This document shows, one piece after another, positions 21,245 through 30,547 of a DNA stretch of 64,000 bases. Within the stretch, counting starts at the first letter, position 1, and the number at the start of each line of letters is the position of its first letter. The position numbers and the translations under genes were made by a program. The DNA lies in NCBI GenBank assembly GCA_024639325.1, contig JAHEIO010000001.1, positions 54,404 through 118,403 of the forward strand, in the 5' to 3' direction. The stretch is from Gammaproteobacteria bacterium (lineage in GTDB: Bacteria; Pseudomonadota; Gammaproteobacteria; Arenicellales; JAANXG01). Below the pieces are notes generated by a model. It did not search any database, was not told where the DNA came from, and saw nothing but the letters and a program-made list of their open reading frames with translations.

Positions 21245-21897
21245 CAATGCGGAATCTTGCGGCCGGCATTTCGATTCTGGCCGCCGCGTTGTCGGGATGC
21301 GTCAGTACCCCATCAATCCCCCCCGCCGGCGATCCGGCAGCGGTGTGGGAGAAACGGGTCGAAGAACTCTCGCGTATCGACTCGTGGGAGGTCAGAGGAA
21401 AGCTCGCGGTGAAGACTCACAAGCGGGGCGGGCAGGCAAATATGCTGTGGAAGCGGGACGGTGAGGATCACAACATCAACCTGTACGGGCCGCTTGGCGG
21501 AGGCAGGGTGGTGCTGATGCGGGATCGAGACGGTGCAACCCTGCGTGACAACAAGAAAAGAACCTACCACGCAACAACGGCGGAGGAACTGCTCTACCGG
21601 GTTGCAGGCTGGCAGGTGCCCTTCCAGGCCATGCGTTACTGGGTGCTTGGAGTGCCCAATCCCGCACAGGAGTACGAGCAGTCTGTGGACGACTGGGGCC
21701 GGCTGCAAAACTTGAAACAGGCGGGCTGGGAGGTGGAGTTCATCGAATACAGGGAATTCGAGGGACGCGAACTGCCGCGGAAATTTCATATGAAGGCCCT
21801 GCCGGGGAAGCAGCATATCGTCGAGGACGAGTTCAACGAGAGTGATCAGGTAAGGGTCAGGGTGATCATAAAAAGCTGGCGCTTTCTATCCTCCTGA
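21241..21897 (+). CDS. lolB: outer-membrane lipoprotein LolB
   Basis: 218 aa. It has a lipobox LSGCVS, an ATGA overlap with the TPR gene, and WEVRGKLAV...MLWKRDG...YGPLGGG blocks typical of LolB. Confidence 0.8.
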   Translation: MTMRNLAAGISILAAALSGCVSTPSIPPAGDPAAVWEKRVEELSRIDSWEVRGKLAVKTHKRGGQANMLWKRDGEDHNINLYGPLGGGRVVLMRDRDGATLRDNKKRTYHATTAEELLYRVAGWQVPFQAMRYWVLGVPNPAQEYEQSVDDWGRLQNLKQAGWEVEFIEYREFEGRELPRKFHMKALPGKQHIVEDEFNESDQVRVRVIIKSWRFLSS

Positions 21898-22125
21898 TCT
21901 CTCTTGGGGGATTCAATATCGGCATCCCGACCGCCACCGATCTCCCGGTCGGGCGCCGGGCCCGGGCGTGGCTGCGGAATAGCCTGGAGTTTCGATTGAC
22001 AGCACCTGACGGTGTTGCGCAAAATACGCCGTTTTTTCACGGGCGCGGTAATTCTGGGCATGCGGAACCAGACCTGCCATCGCCTTGATATTCTTACGTT
22101 TATTGGTGTTTTCGGTTACAACGAT

Positions 22126-22200
22126 TGGGGTGTAGCCAAGCGGTAAGGCACCGGATTTTGATTCCGGCATGCGCAGGTTCGAATCCTGCCACCCCAGCCA
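22126..22200 (+). tRNA. tRNA-Gln (anticodon TTG)
   Basis: 75 nt. The sequence TGGGGTGTAGCCAAGCGGTAAGGCACCGGATTTTGATTCCGG...CACCCCAGCCA forms a cloverleaf with a 7-bp acceptor stem and an encoded CCA. It is near-identical in pattern to E. coli tRNA-Gln. Confidence 0.92.
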
Positions 22201-22212
22201 GGACAAGACTGG

Positions 22213-22441
22213 CCCGCATTTCTCACCAGGCGGCTTTAACTTCTTGCTAAGGACTTACCATGCTAGGTTATTTGGTTTTAACTGAAAAACGGTCTGTATC
22301 GGCAACGCCTATCCCGGTGCTGGCTGGTCCAGGCCCCGCTGAAATTGGGCTTCATTCGATTCATAGCACCGGCTATGCATCTCACCGCAGCCCGTCGTTC
22401 ATCGGCACCTGGTCTGCGCCATCGCTCGGGATCCTGGTGAC
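22213..22441. repeat. dispersed intergenic repeat, copy 1 (core 22213-22387, tail 22389-22441)
   Basis: The core aligns over its full length with 36846-37021 at about 90% identity, and the tail aligns with 37090-37140. An 8-nt terminal inverted repeat is present (TCACCAGG ... CCTGGTGA). The repeat fills the tRNA-Gln/prs spacer. Confidence 0.8.
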
Positions 22442-22443
22442 AA

Positions 22444-23415
22444 ATGCGAGCTAGAGGAAGCTCAGTGACTACCGAAAATCTGGCCATTTTCACCGGCAAT
22501 GCAAACCCGAAACTGGCCGAGGACGTGGCGCGGTATCTTGGATTGCCGATGGGGCGTGCCCTGGTGGGCCGTTTCAGTGATGGCGAGGTCAATGTGGAGA
22601 TCCTCGAAAACGTTCGCGGTTTGGACGTTTTCGTCATTCAGCCCACATGCGCTCCGACCAACGACAACCTGATGGAGCTGCTGATCATGATCGACGCGCT
22701 GCGTCGCGCATCGGCCCAGCGTATCACCGCGGTCATGCCGTACTTTGGTTATGCGCGTCAGGACCGCCGGCCCCGAACGGTGCGGGTCGCCATCAGCGCC
22801 AAGCTCGCGGCCAGTATGATCGACCGGGCGGGGGCTGACCGGGTTGTGACCATGGATTTGCATGCCGACCAGATCCAGGGATTTTTTGATGTGCCGTCGG
22901 ATAATATCTATGCCTCCCCGGTGTTGTGGGGAGAGCTGTGGCGGCACGGCGCGGAGGATCTGCTGGTTGTGTCACCCGATGTTGGCGGTGTGGTCCGGGC
23001 ACGGGCAATGGCCAAGCAGCTGGGCGCCGATTTGGCTATCATAGACAAGAGGCGGCCCAAGGCAAACGAGTCGAAGGTAATGCACGTCATCGGTGAAGTG
23101 GACAGCAAGGTTTGTGTCCTCATCGACGACATGGTGGATACGGCTGGTACACTGTGCGAGGCGGCAGCGGCAATGAAGGTGGAAGGCGCAAAGCGAGTTC
23201 TTGCGTACTGTACGCACCCGGTGCTGTCGGGAGGAGCGGTTGCGCGCATCGCGCAGTCACAATTGGACGAACTGGTTGTCACGGATTCCATCCCGCTGAC
23301 GGAGGATGCCAAAGCCTGTGACAAGATCCGGCAGTTGAGCATTGCCGAACTGCTGGGTGAATCGATCAGGCGCATCTCCACGGGAGATTCGGTCAGTTCT
23401 ATTTTTATCGAGTAG
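22444..23415 (+). CDS. prs: ribose-phosphate pyrophosphokinase
   Basis: It has [11 protein letters not shown], the [10 protein letters not shown] motif and the [11 protein letters not shown] motif. The start is more likely GTG 22465, which lies behind a GAGGAAG Shine-Dalgarno, than ATG 22444. Confidence 0.95.
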   Translation: MRARGSSVTTENLAIFTGNANPKLAEDVARYLGLPMGRALVGRFSDGEVNVEILENVRGLDVFVIQPTCAPTNDNLMELLIMIDALRRASAQRITAVMPYFGYARQDRRPRTVRVAISAKLAASMIDRAGADRVVTMDLHADQIQGFFDVPSDNIYASPVLWGELWRHGAEDLLVVSPDVGGVVRARAMAKQLGADLAIIDKRRPKANESKVMHVIGEVDSKVCVLIDDMVDTAGTLCEAAAAMKVEGAKRVLAYCTHPVLSGGAVARIAQSQLDELVVTDSIPLTEDAKACDKIRQLSIAELLGESIRRISTGDSVSSIFIE

Positions 23416-23463
23416 GTTTTCTATGGCGGTATATGAAGCGCCACGAGTAATTGGAGATAAGCA

Positions 23464-24138
23464 ATGAGTACGCAGTATCAGATACAGGCATTTCCCAGGA
23501 GCGGTACGGGCAAGTCCGTGAGCCGGGGCTATCGCCGCAACGAAAAGGTGCCTGCCGTGATCTATGGCGCCAACAAGGACAACGAGAATCTTTTGTTGAA
23601 CCACAACGAGATCATGCACAACCTGGAAACAGAAGGGTTTCAGGCCGCGGTCATCGAAATCAGGACCGACAAGGGCACCGAGCAGGTAATCCTGCGCGAC
23701 ATCCAGATGCATCCCTACAAGGCGCGGGTTTTGCACGTCGATTTTCAACGGGTCAGTGCGACGGAGAAGATCCGCATGGCCGTACCGCTGCATTTTATCG
23801 GGGGCGAAGAGTGCCCGGGTGTGTACAATGAGGGCGGCATCGAGTCCCATCTGATCAACGAGGTCGAAGTCGAATGTCTTCCCGCGGACCTACCCGAGTA
23901 TCTTGAAATCGACATCTCCGATCTGGAGCTGCACGAATCCGCAAAGCTCACCGACGTCAAGGTTCCGGAGAATGTAATAATTACGGCACTGGCTCACGGC
24001 GGCGAGGATATGACCGTGGCTACCATCATGGCTCCGCAGCGTGAGGAGCTGGAGGAAGTCGAGGGCGAGGAAGAGCTGGAGGCTGTCGAAGGTGAGGCAC
24101 CCGAGGCCGAGGAATCCGAATCGGGCGACGAGGAATAG
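23464..24138 (+). CDS. rplY: 50S ribosomal protein L25 / general stress protein Ctc
   Basis: 224 aa with an L25 N-domain, a Ctc C-domain and an acidic tail. It sits in the conserved prs-rplY-pth order. Confidence 0.9.
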   Translation: MSTQYQIQAFPRSGTGKSVSRGYRRNEKVPAVIYGANKDNENLLLNHNEIMHNLETEGFQAAVIEIRTDKGTEQVILRDIQMHPYKARVLHVDFQRVSATEKIRMAVPLHFIGGEECPGVYNEGGIESHLINEVEVECLPADLPEYLEIDISDLELHESAKLTDVKVPENVIITALAHGGEDMTVATIMAPQREELEEVEGEEELEAVEGEAPEAEESESGDEE

Positions 24139-24195
24139 GCCGGACTTCTATCCCGGCCGGGACTCTGCCCGCTTACCGTATCAGAGCCGTATCGG

Positions 24196-24750
24196 GTGGC
24201 GTCGCCGGTAAGTCTGCTCGTCGGGTTGGGTAACCCGGGAAAGCGCTACGAACCCACTCGTCACAACGCGGGCTCACGATTTGTGTGTGAAGCGGCTCAC
24301 GGAGCCGGGTCCACGCTGCGTGACGAAGCAAAGTTCGACGGTCGCATCGGCAGTGCGCGCATTGGGTCCCGCAAGATTTATCTATTCATACCTGCAACTT
24401 TCATGAATGTATCTGGCCTTCCGGTTGCCAGGGTGGCGCGATTTTACAAGATTCCCGTAGAGGAGATTCTGGTCGCACACGACGAGCTGGAACTGCCACC
24501 CGGGGAAGTCCGGCTCAAAGTCGGAGGAGGGCACGCGGGGCACAACGGATTGCGCGACTTGATCAAGCACCTCGGCGGCAGTGAGTTTTCCAGGCTGCGC
24601 ATCGGGGTAGGGCATCCGGGGACCGGTAAAGGAGTCGCCGACTACGTTTTAAAGAAACCGTCGACCACCGACGCAGGCCTAATTGAGCGGGCCATCGATG
24701 CCGCGCTGAGGGATCTGCCCTGCGCAGTGGCGGGCGAGTCGAACTTGTGA
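24196..24750 (+). CDS. pth: peptidyl-tRNA hydrolase
   Basis: 184 aa with a GTG start. GLGNPG, TRHNAG and GHNGLRD motifs are present. Confidence 0.9.
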   Translation: MASPVSLLVGLGNPGKRYEPTRHNAGSRFVCEAAHGAGSTLRDEAKFDGRIGSARIGSRKIYLFIPATFMNVSGLPVARVARFYKIPVEEILVAHDELELPPGEVRLKVGGGHAGHNGLRDLIKHLGGSEFSRLRIGVGHPGTGKGVADYVLKKPSTTDAGLIERAIDAALRDLPCAVAGESNL

Positions 24751-24760
24751 GGCACGGTTA

Positions 24761-25852
24761 ATGGGTTTTCGCTGCGGTATAGTCGGGCTCCCCAACGTGG
24801 GCAAATCGACGTTGTTCAACGCGCTGACCAGTTCCGCGATCGAGGCCAGGAACTATCCATTTTGCACGATCGAACCCAATGTCGGCATCGTGCCGGTGCC
24901 CGACGAACGCCTGCACCGTGTGGCGCGGATCGTCAACCCGAAGCAGGTCATTCCGACCACCATGGAATTCGTCGATATCGCGGGACTTGTCGAAGGGGCT
25001 TCACAGGGAGAAGGTCTGGGCAACAAGTTTCTGGCGCACATCCGTGAGGTCGACGCCATAGCCCAGGTCGTTAGGTGCTTCGACGACCCCAACGTTACAC
25101 ATGTCGCCGGGAAGGTGGATCCGGCATCGGATATGGAAACCATTTCTACGGAGCTGATGCTGGCGGACATGGAAACCATGGAACGCGCGGTCGAGCGTGC
25201 GGAGAAGGCGTCGAAAGCGGGGGACAAAAAAGAGAGGCAAAAACTCGAGCTTTTTACACGAGTGCGGGATCAGCTCGACAGCGCCGTTCCCGTTCGATCG
25301 ATGGATATCATGCCTGAGGATGGAGCGCTGTTGAAGCCGCTGTGCCTGTTGACCGCGAAACCCATGCTCTACATTGCCAATGTCGCGGAGGACGGGTTCG
25401 ATAACAATCCCTACCTGGACCAGGTCGAGACATTCGCTGCCCGCGAGGAGTCCGTGGTGATCCCGATTTGCGCGTCCATAGAGGCCGAACTGGCCCAGCT
25501 GGATGAGGAAGACAAGCGGGAGTTTCTTGCCGATCTGGGTCTGAGTGAGCCCGGCCTCGACCGGGTAATACGCGCCGGCTACCGGTTGCTGAATCTTCAG
25601 ACCTTTCTGACCGCCGGTCCCAAGGAGGCCCGCGCCTGGACGGCCCCCGCCGGTTCCACCGCGCCCCAGGCGGCGGGCGTGATACACACCGATTTTCAAC
25701 ACGGATTCATCCGGGCCGAAGTCATCTCCTATGAGGATTACATCAACCTGGGTGGAGAACAGGGGGCCCGGGACGCCGGCAAGATGCGGCTCGAAGGCAA
25801 GCAATACGTAGTCCAGGACGGGGACGTGATGCATTTCCGTTTCAACGTCTAG
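24761..25852 (+). CDS. ychF: redox-regulated ATPase YchF
   Basis: 363 aa. It has the P-loop [15 protein letters not shown] and a C-terminal TGS-like domain ([14 protein letters not shown]). Confidence 0.95.
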   Translation: MGFRCGIVGLPNVGKSTLFNALTSSAIEARNYPFCTIEPNVGIVPVPDERLHRVARIVNPKQVIPTTMEFVDIAGLVEGASQGEGLGNKFLAHIREVDAIAQVVRCFDDPNVTHVAGKVDPASDMETISTELMLADMETMERAVERAEKASKAGDKKERQKLELFTRVRDQLDSAVPVRSMDIMPEDGALLKPLCLLTAKPMLYIANVAEDGFDNNPYLDQVETFAAREESVVIPICASIEAELAQLDEEDKREFLADLGLSEPGLDRVIRAGYRLLNLQTFLTAGPKEARAWTAPAGSTAPQAAGVIHTDFQHGFIRAEVISYEDYINLGGEQGARDAGKMRLEGKQYVVQDGDVMHFRFNV

Positions 25853-25980
25853 GCAAGTTCGTGCCTATCCGTCACCTCGTCTTGGGTCAGGGCCGACGAA
25901 TGCGTCAGCGGTGTATCAGGCAATTGCCCTTTTCAACGGAGTCTTGTATCTTTCCGCTCCCCTCCAGAATTTACCCATGT

Positions 25981-26057
25981 GGCTATGTAGCTCAGCTGGT
26001 TAGAGCACGGCACTCATAACGCCGGGGTCGGTGGTTCAAGTCCACCCATAGCCACCA
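25981..26057 (+). tRNA. tRNA-Met (anticodon CAT), elongator type
   Basis: 77 nt. GGCTATGTAGCTCAGCTGGTTAGAGCACGGCACTCATAACGCCGGGGTCGGTGGTTCAAGTCCACCCATAGCCACCA. The G1-C72 pair and the lack of a GGG/CCC anticodon stem rule out an initiator. Confidence 0.85.
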
Positions 26058-26165
26058 CATTGGATTGCACCCGCGTAATGCAATTGACGAGTAAATCTGG
26101 ATATCATCGGGCCCAGCCCATCTATGCAGCATCACAACAGTTGCCACCGCACCAAAGGTAAGCCG

Positions 26166-27062
26166 ATGACCAATAAAGAACTCAATGGCCGAGCCATTGC
26201 AGCGGACATGCAGTTAGAAATTGCGGAAGACGTCAAGAAGCTGAAAGGCGCCGGTTGGACGCCGAAACTGGTTTCGATCAAGATAGGTGACGATCCCGCG
26301 GTGGAGCTTTATATACGAAACCAGCGGCGTAACGCTGATAGGGTCGGCATTGAGTTCGTCGAGAAGCAATATGCTGCGGACATTTCGGAAAGCGAAATGC
26401 ATGCCGCCATCATCAAGCACAATGTCGATCCGTCTGTCACGGGCATCATCCTGCAGAGGCCGGTACCCGAACATATCCCCGTGAAGGCGTTGCAGGCTAC
26501 GATCCACCCGCTGAAAGATGTCGAGGGTATGCACCCCGCGTCGATTGGGAACATAGTCTACAACGAGTTGGAACTGGGGCCCTGCACTGCGATTGCCTCG
26601 GTGGACCTGCTCAGGAGTACCGGTGTTTCACTCCAGGGGCTGGAGGCAACGGTCATTGGCCACTCGGAGATCGTCGGCAAGCCGATCGCTTTCCTGCTGA
26701 TGGCCGAGGGCGCAACGGTCACTGTCTGCCACCACATGACGCGGGAAGTCGCGGTGCACTCGCGACGGGCGGACGCGGTGTTCGTCGCCGTAGGCAAACC
26801 GGGATTGTTGAGTGGCGCAATGCTCAAACCGGGGGCCGTTGTCATCGATATTGGCATCAACCAGGTCGAGGGCCCCGGGGGTAAACGCAAAGTCGTAGGC
26901 GACTGCGACTATGACTCCTGCCACGAGGTGGCCGGGTGGATCACACCGGTGCCGGGCGGTGTGGGGCCGGTAACGGTTGCCGTGCTGATGCGAAATACCG
27001 TTGTCGCTGCCCGCCGCCTGCAGACGCAGTATGAGAGGCGATTTCTAGATCACCTGGCTTGA
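26166..27062 (+). CDS. folD: bifunctional methylenetetrahydrofolate dehydrogenase/cyclohydrolase
   Basis: The FolD pattern is present (LNGRAIA..., ILQRPVP, GHSEIVGKP, TPVPGGVGPVT). I prefer ATG 26166 over the ORF-track start at 26124. Confidence 0.9.
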   Translation: MTNKELNGRAIAADMQLEIAEDVKKLKGAGWTPKLVSIKIGDDPAVELYIRNQRRNADRVGIEFVEKQYAADISESEMHAAIIKHNVDPSVTGIILQRPVPEHIPVKALQATIHPLKDVEGMHPASIGNIVYNELELGPCTAIASVDLLRSTGVSLQGLEATVIGHSEIVGKPIAFLLMAEGATVTVCHHMTREVAVHSRRADAVFVAVGKPGLLSGAMLKPGAVVIDIGINQVEGPGGKRKVVGDCDYDSCHEVAGWITPVPGGVGPVTVAVLMRNTVVAARRLQTQYERRFLDHLA

Positions 27063-27156
27063 GCCCCTTGATCCAGGGCGAGGGGCGGACGAGCATGTGA
27101 ATGAAATGCGGTAGTCAAATCTACCATCATCCGGGATCGAACCTGATAGCAAAGGA

Positions 27157-27705
27157 TCAACACGATGAGCGGATCGAAAAATTAGGCGTCAAAGAACTTG
27201 TCGCCTCGGATAGACCCGTGATGTAACCCACGAAGTTCGGATCCTCCCCGACCAGCAGATCCGGAAGGTGCTCCCGGAAATCCTCGCGCTGGCACCATTC
27301 CCGCATGTAGTCATCCCAGGAGCGCCAGCGACGCTGCTGATCGTCTGTCAGGTCCTCGTCGTATAGGATGAGAAAGGCGCGCTCGAACAGGGACACCGCC
27401 ATGCTGAAGATGATTAGCATGCGCTCGTGCTGATCGTCTGTCAGGTCGGGGGTGGGATCGTGCGAGAACAGCTTGAGGTCCGGATTGTCCAGCGCGGTCT
27501 CAAGGAACTCCTGATAGTTATCCGACAGGCGTCGGTACATTTCCTGTTCCGCGGCATTTCGCTCGCGGGTCTTTTCGTAGACGAACACGAAGATAGCCAT
27601 TGGCAGGCCGATGACCGTCACCACGTAGCTCAGCAGCTCCCAGGTTTCCGTCGACATGTGGATATTGTATACCCAGCGCCGGATCCCGCCGAAGAGTGCC
27701 GCCAT
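27157..27705 (-). CDS. hypothetical membrane-anchored protein
   Basis: 182 aa, or 166 aa from Met17. It has one N-terminal TM helix (LLSYVVTVIGLPMAIFVFV) followed by a helical acidic domain. I recognise no family. Confidence 0.45.
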   Translation of the reverse strand: MAALFGGIRRWVYNIHMSTETWELLSYVVTVIGLPMAIFVFVYEKTRERNAAEQEMYRRLSDNYQEFLETALDNPDLKLFSHDPTPDLTDDQHERMLIIFSMAVSLFERAFLILYDEDLTDDQQRRWRSWDDYMREWCQREDFREHLPDLLVGEDPNFVGYITGLSEATSSLTPNFSIRSSC

Positions 27706-27774
27706 TCTGCCTATTTCAGTCGCGGCCCGTGCGGTTGGACGAATTCATCGCTGCCACACACGTCCGCGCGATGT

Positions 27775-28767
27775 ATGGTATACAAGCACCACCTTACCCC
27801 GCTCCCGCACACTGTGACCGAGTTCGACAAAAAAGACGCATTACTCTCCTTGGCGCGGATCCGAAAGACGCTGGGCGGCCAGGTCGTTCTCGATGGAGTG
27901 GATGCATTGGTAGGCGCGGGTGAGATCGTGGTGTTGCTGGGGCCGAACGGTGCCGGCAAGACGACACTGCTGGGTACGGCCTGCGGACGAATCGCGCCGG
28001 ATTCGGGTTCTGTCACCGTGTGCGGCGGTGATCCGCGCCTGCGTCCGGAAATCCGCAGGCATCTCGGCTTCGTGCCCCAGGGGCTGGCCCTGTATCCGTA
28101 CCTGAGCGTCAAGGAGAATCTGCAGACCTTTGGACGCATGATGGGCGTTACGAAACACGATCTGCCCTGGCGAATCGACCAGGCGCTGGAGCGGGGGGCG
28201 CTTGCGGAGCTCGCTGACCGCCGGGTGGAGACGCTGTCCGGCGGCATGCGGCGAAGACTCAATATCGTGGCCAGTCTGTTGCACGATCCGAAGCTGTTGC
28301 TGCTTGACGAGCCCACGGTCGGGGTCGACGTCAATGCCCGAAAGCGTATCCATGAACTATTACGGCAACTGCGAGCGAAAGGCATCGGCATACTGATTAC
28401 CACGCACGATCTGGAACAAGCCGCGTCGCTGGCGGATCGGGTCGTATTTCTCTCGGCGGGCCGTGTCCGTCTGCAAGGGGCGCCGCGAGAGCTGATCCAG
28501 CACTGCTACGGTCGCGGCAGGGAACTGATCGTAACGCTCGGACAGCAGGCTGATATCGAGCAATCGAAGGCACTGACCGAACGCGGTCTGACCGCATTGC
28601 ACGGGGGGCTCGCCTGGATCGGCGCCGTGGACGGCAGCTACACCGACGCCGCCGGTTGGACTCAGGATCTGGATGCGGCGGGGTTGAGTGTTCGGGAAAT
28701 ACGGGTACGGGAACCGGACCTCGAGGGTGTGTTTCTCCGCGTCACCGGCGAAGAACTCCACCTGTGA
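27775..28767 (+). CDS. ABC transporter ATP-binding protein (ABC-2/DrrA-like exporter)
   Basis: Walker A GPNGAGKTT, signature LSGGMRRRL and Walker B LLLLDEP are present, with an extra C-terminal domain. The start at ATG 27775 was chosen inside the longer ORF 27427-28767. Confidence 0.85.
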   Translation: MVYKHHLTPLPHTVTEFDKKDALLSLARIRKTLGGQVVLDGVDALVGAGEIVVLLGPNGAGKTTLLGTACGRIAPDSGSVTVCGGDPRLRPEIRRHLGFVPQGLALYPYLSVKENLQTFGRMMGVTKHDLPWRIDQALERGALAELADRRVETLSGGMRRRLNIVASLLHDPKLLLLDEPTVGVDVNARKRIHELLRQLRAKGIGILITTHDLEQAASLADRVVFLSAGRVRLQGAPRELIQHCYGRGRELIVTLGQQADIEQSKALTERGLTALHGGLAWIGAVDGSYTDAAGWTQDLDAAGLSVREIRVREPDLEGVFLRVTGEELHL

Positions 28768-29996
28768 GTGCCGCCATTCTTCGGGCCATGCTGCTCGGAT
28801 TGTTGCGCGATCGTGGCGCGCTCCTGATGGCATTTGTTCTGCCCGTCATCTTCTTCGTGATCATGGCGGAGATCTTCACGGCGACAAGCGGCGCAAACCT
28901 CGATCTTACCGTCGTGGTGCTCGATGAGATCAAGAGCGACGTGTCGACGCGCCTCGTTGCCGCCCTGGAAAAAGACGATTCGATTACCCTGCGCGCGGCC
29001 GGCGACACGGACAGCGAAGCCCTGCGCGCCCTGGTCCGGTCCGGTTCGGCCGACATCGGGCTGATTCTGCGAAGCGACGCCGAACCCCTGGATGAGGCCG
29101 GCGGGTTCGGCCCGGCGCCGCTCCTGGTCGTCTCCGATCCTTCGAGAGGTTTTGTGGAACCCGTGCTGATGGGCCGGCTGCGGCGGGCATATTTTTCGGC
29201 TCTGCCCGATGTCGCCATGGGCAACGTCGTGGCCGAACTGGAAAACCAGTTCCTGACCCTGACCGACGAACAACGCGACGAACTCGCCGCCGGCCTCAGC
29301 GAGATGCGAGCCGATGCGGAGGCTGGGCGCGAGGTGGGCTGGTCGTTCGAGGACCTGATCGCGCATGAGCGCGTCGCCGGCGGCGAGACGGTCAATCTCG
29401 TGGCCTATTCCGCGGGCGCGGTTGCATTCTTGTTTCTGCTCTTCGCCGCAGTCCACGGGGCGGTGTCCCTGCTCGAAGAGAGCGAATCGGGTGTGCTCGA
29501 TCGTATACTCGCCGGCCCCGGGGGCATCGGTGTGCTGGTGGACGGAAAGTTTCTGTACGTGGCGGTGCAGGGGTTCGTGCAGGTCAGCGTGATCTTCGTT
29601 ATCGCCTGGCTGTTCTACAGTGTCGACCTGCCGTCCCGCTTCTTTCCGTGGCTGATCGTCACCGCCGCCGCCTCGTTGTCCGCCGCCGGGCTCGCCATGC
29701 TGCTGGTCGCCGCGTGCCGCACCCGGCGACAGGCGCAAACCGTTGCGAACACCGTGATCCTGATCATTTCGGCCATCGGCGGCAGTATGGTGCCTCGAAT
29801 CTTCATGCCTGATCTGCTGAAAAACCTGGGCTGGCTCACCCCCAACACCTGGGCGCTGGAAGCGTACAGCGGCATTTTATGGCGCGGCGAAGGCCTCGGC
29901 GGCGTGATTCTGCCGGTCGCGTTGTTGCTATCGAGCGGACTGATCGGATGGTATGTGGCGCGGCTGCTTGCCGAACGGCGTGTGTCTCGCTACTGA
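28764..29996 (+). CDS. ABC-2 type transporter permease
   Basis: The GTG start overlaps the ATPase stop (GTGA). It has an N-terminal TM helix, a large loop and five C-terminal TM helices, typical of ABC-2 permeases. Confidence 0.75.
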   Translation: MSAAILRAMLLGLLRDRGALLMAFVLPVIFFVIMAEIFTATSGANLDLTVVVLDEIKSDVSTRLVAALEKDDSITLRAAGDTDSEALRALVRSGSADIGLILRSDAEPLDEAGGFGPAPLLVVSDPSRGFVEPVLMGRLRRAYFSALPDVAMGNVVAELENQFLTLTDEQRDELAAGLSEMRADAEAGREVGWSFEDLIAHERVAGGETVNLVAYSAGAVAFLFLLFAAVHGAVSLLEESESGVLDRILAGPGGIGVLVDGKFLYVAVQGFVQVSVIFVIAWLFYSVDLPSRFFPWLIVTAAASLSAAGLAMLLVAACRTRRQAQTVANTVILIISAIGGSMVPRIFMPDLLKNLGWLTPNTWALEAYSGILWRGEGLGGVILPVALLLSSGLIGWYVARLLAERRVSRY

Positions 29997-30520
29997 GTCC
30001 GAACCAGCCGCTCGAGATCGACACGCAGTGCTTCGAACCGCGCGGATTTATATTTCCCGGCATGGCGCGCGACGAGCTCGCCGGTGGTGTCGAAAACGAG
30101 CACGTTGGGTACCCGGGTGTCCAGGGCGTACTCGCCGCTCCAGCGGCCATCCAGGTCGATCAGCACATTAATGTCATCCGGCAGACGCTTGCGCAACTTT
30201 GCCGCCACCGCCTCGTATTCGACCTTTGTGGTGCGCGGCACGTCCGCGACCCGCAGAAGTGGGACGGTATCGTAGTGCTCGCGCAGTGCCCGTTCCCATG
30301 GCTTGATTCGCCGCAGTCGTTTGGCCGAAACGACGATGACAACCTGTACACTACCGAGGTGATCACCAAGCTGACCAACAGCGCCGAACTGGTCCGGCAG
30401 CGGCGGCGGTTGTCCATGCGACGCGAAGGTCAGAAAGATCAGGCAGGCCGCAAAGCCTTTGGCGACGTTAAATCCCGGTCGCAATACGGTTGATTTTTTT
30501 TGGTTCAATATGCGCGTCAT
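29990..30520 (-). CDS. hypothetical exported protein, possibly thioredoxin-like fold without CxxC
   Basis: 176 aa with a signal-like N-terminus (FAACLIFLTFASHG). There are no catalytic cysteines. Its 3' end overlaps the convergent permease gene by 7 nt. Confidence 0.4.
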   Translation of the reverse strand: MTRILNQKKSTVLRPGFNVAKGFAACLIFLTFASHGQPPPLPDQFGAVGQLGDHLGSVQVVIVVSAKRLRRIKPWERALREHYDTVPLLRVADVPRTTKVEYEAVAAKLRKRLPDDINVLIDLDGRWSGEYALDTRVPNVLVFDTTGELVARHAGKYKSARFEALRVDLERLVRTQ

Positions 30521-30547
30521 TCACTTACTCACGGTAATCTTAGCAAC

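Noticed and set aside
21909-22088. A possible degraded ispE remnant. The frame reads ...NTPFFHGRGNSGHAEPDL, vaguely like the IspE ADVPFF.RG.AFAEG.GE block.
   Set aside because: Only 4-5 identities over 15 residues, the spacing to an IP... block is wrong, and the segment is a quarter of the gene length. This is too weak to call without tblastn support.
22260-22454. A 64-aa ORF lies inside repeat copy 1, raising the possibility that the repeat encodes a small protein.
   Set aside because: Copy 2 has ACG instead of the ATG. Of about 11 in-frame differences between the copies, only 4 are synonymous, so there is no purifying-selection signal. The minus-strand frame is equally non-conservative.
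25981-26057. The CAT-anticodon tRNA might be an initiator tRNA or a lysidine-modified tRNA-Ile2.
   Set aside because: The G1-C72 pair and the absence of three G-C pairs in the anticodon stem argue against an initiator. The acceptor stem (GGCTATG) resembles elongator Met rather than ileX, although the T-arm is Ile-like. tRNA-Ile2 cannot be fully excluded without a dedicated classifier.
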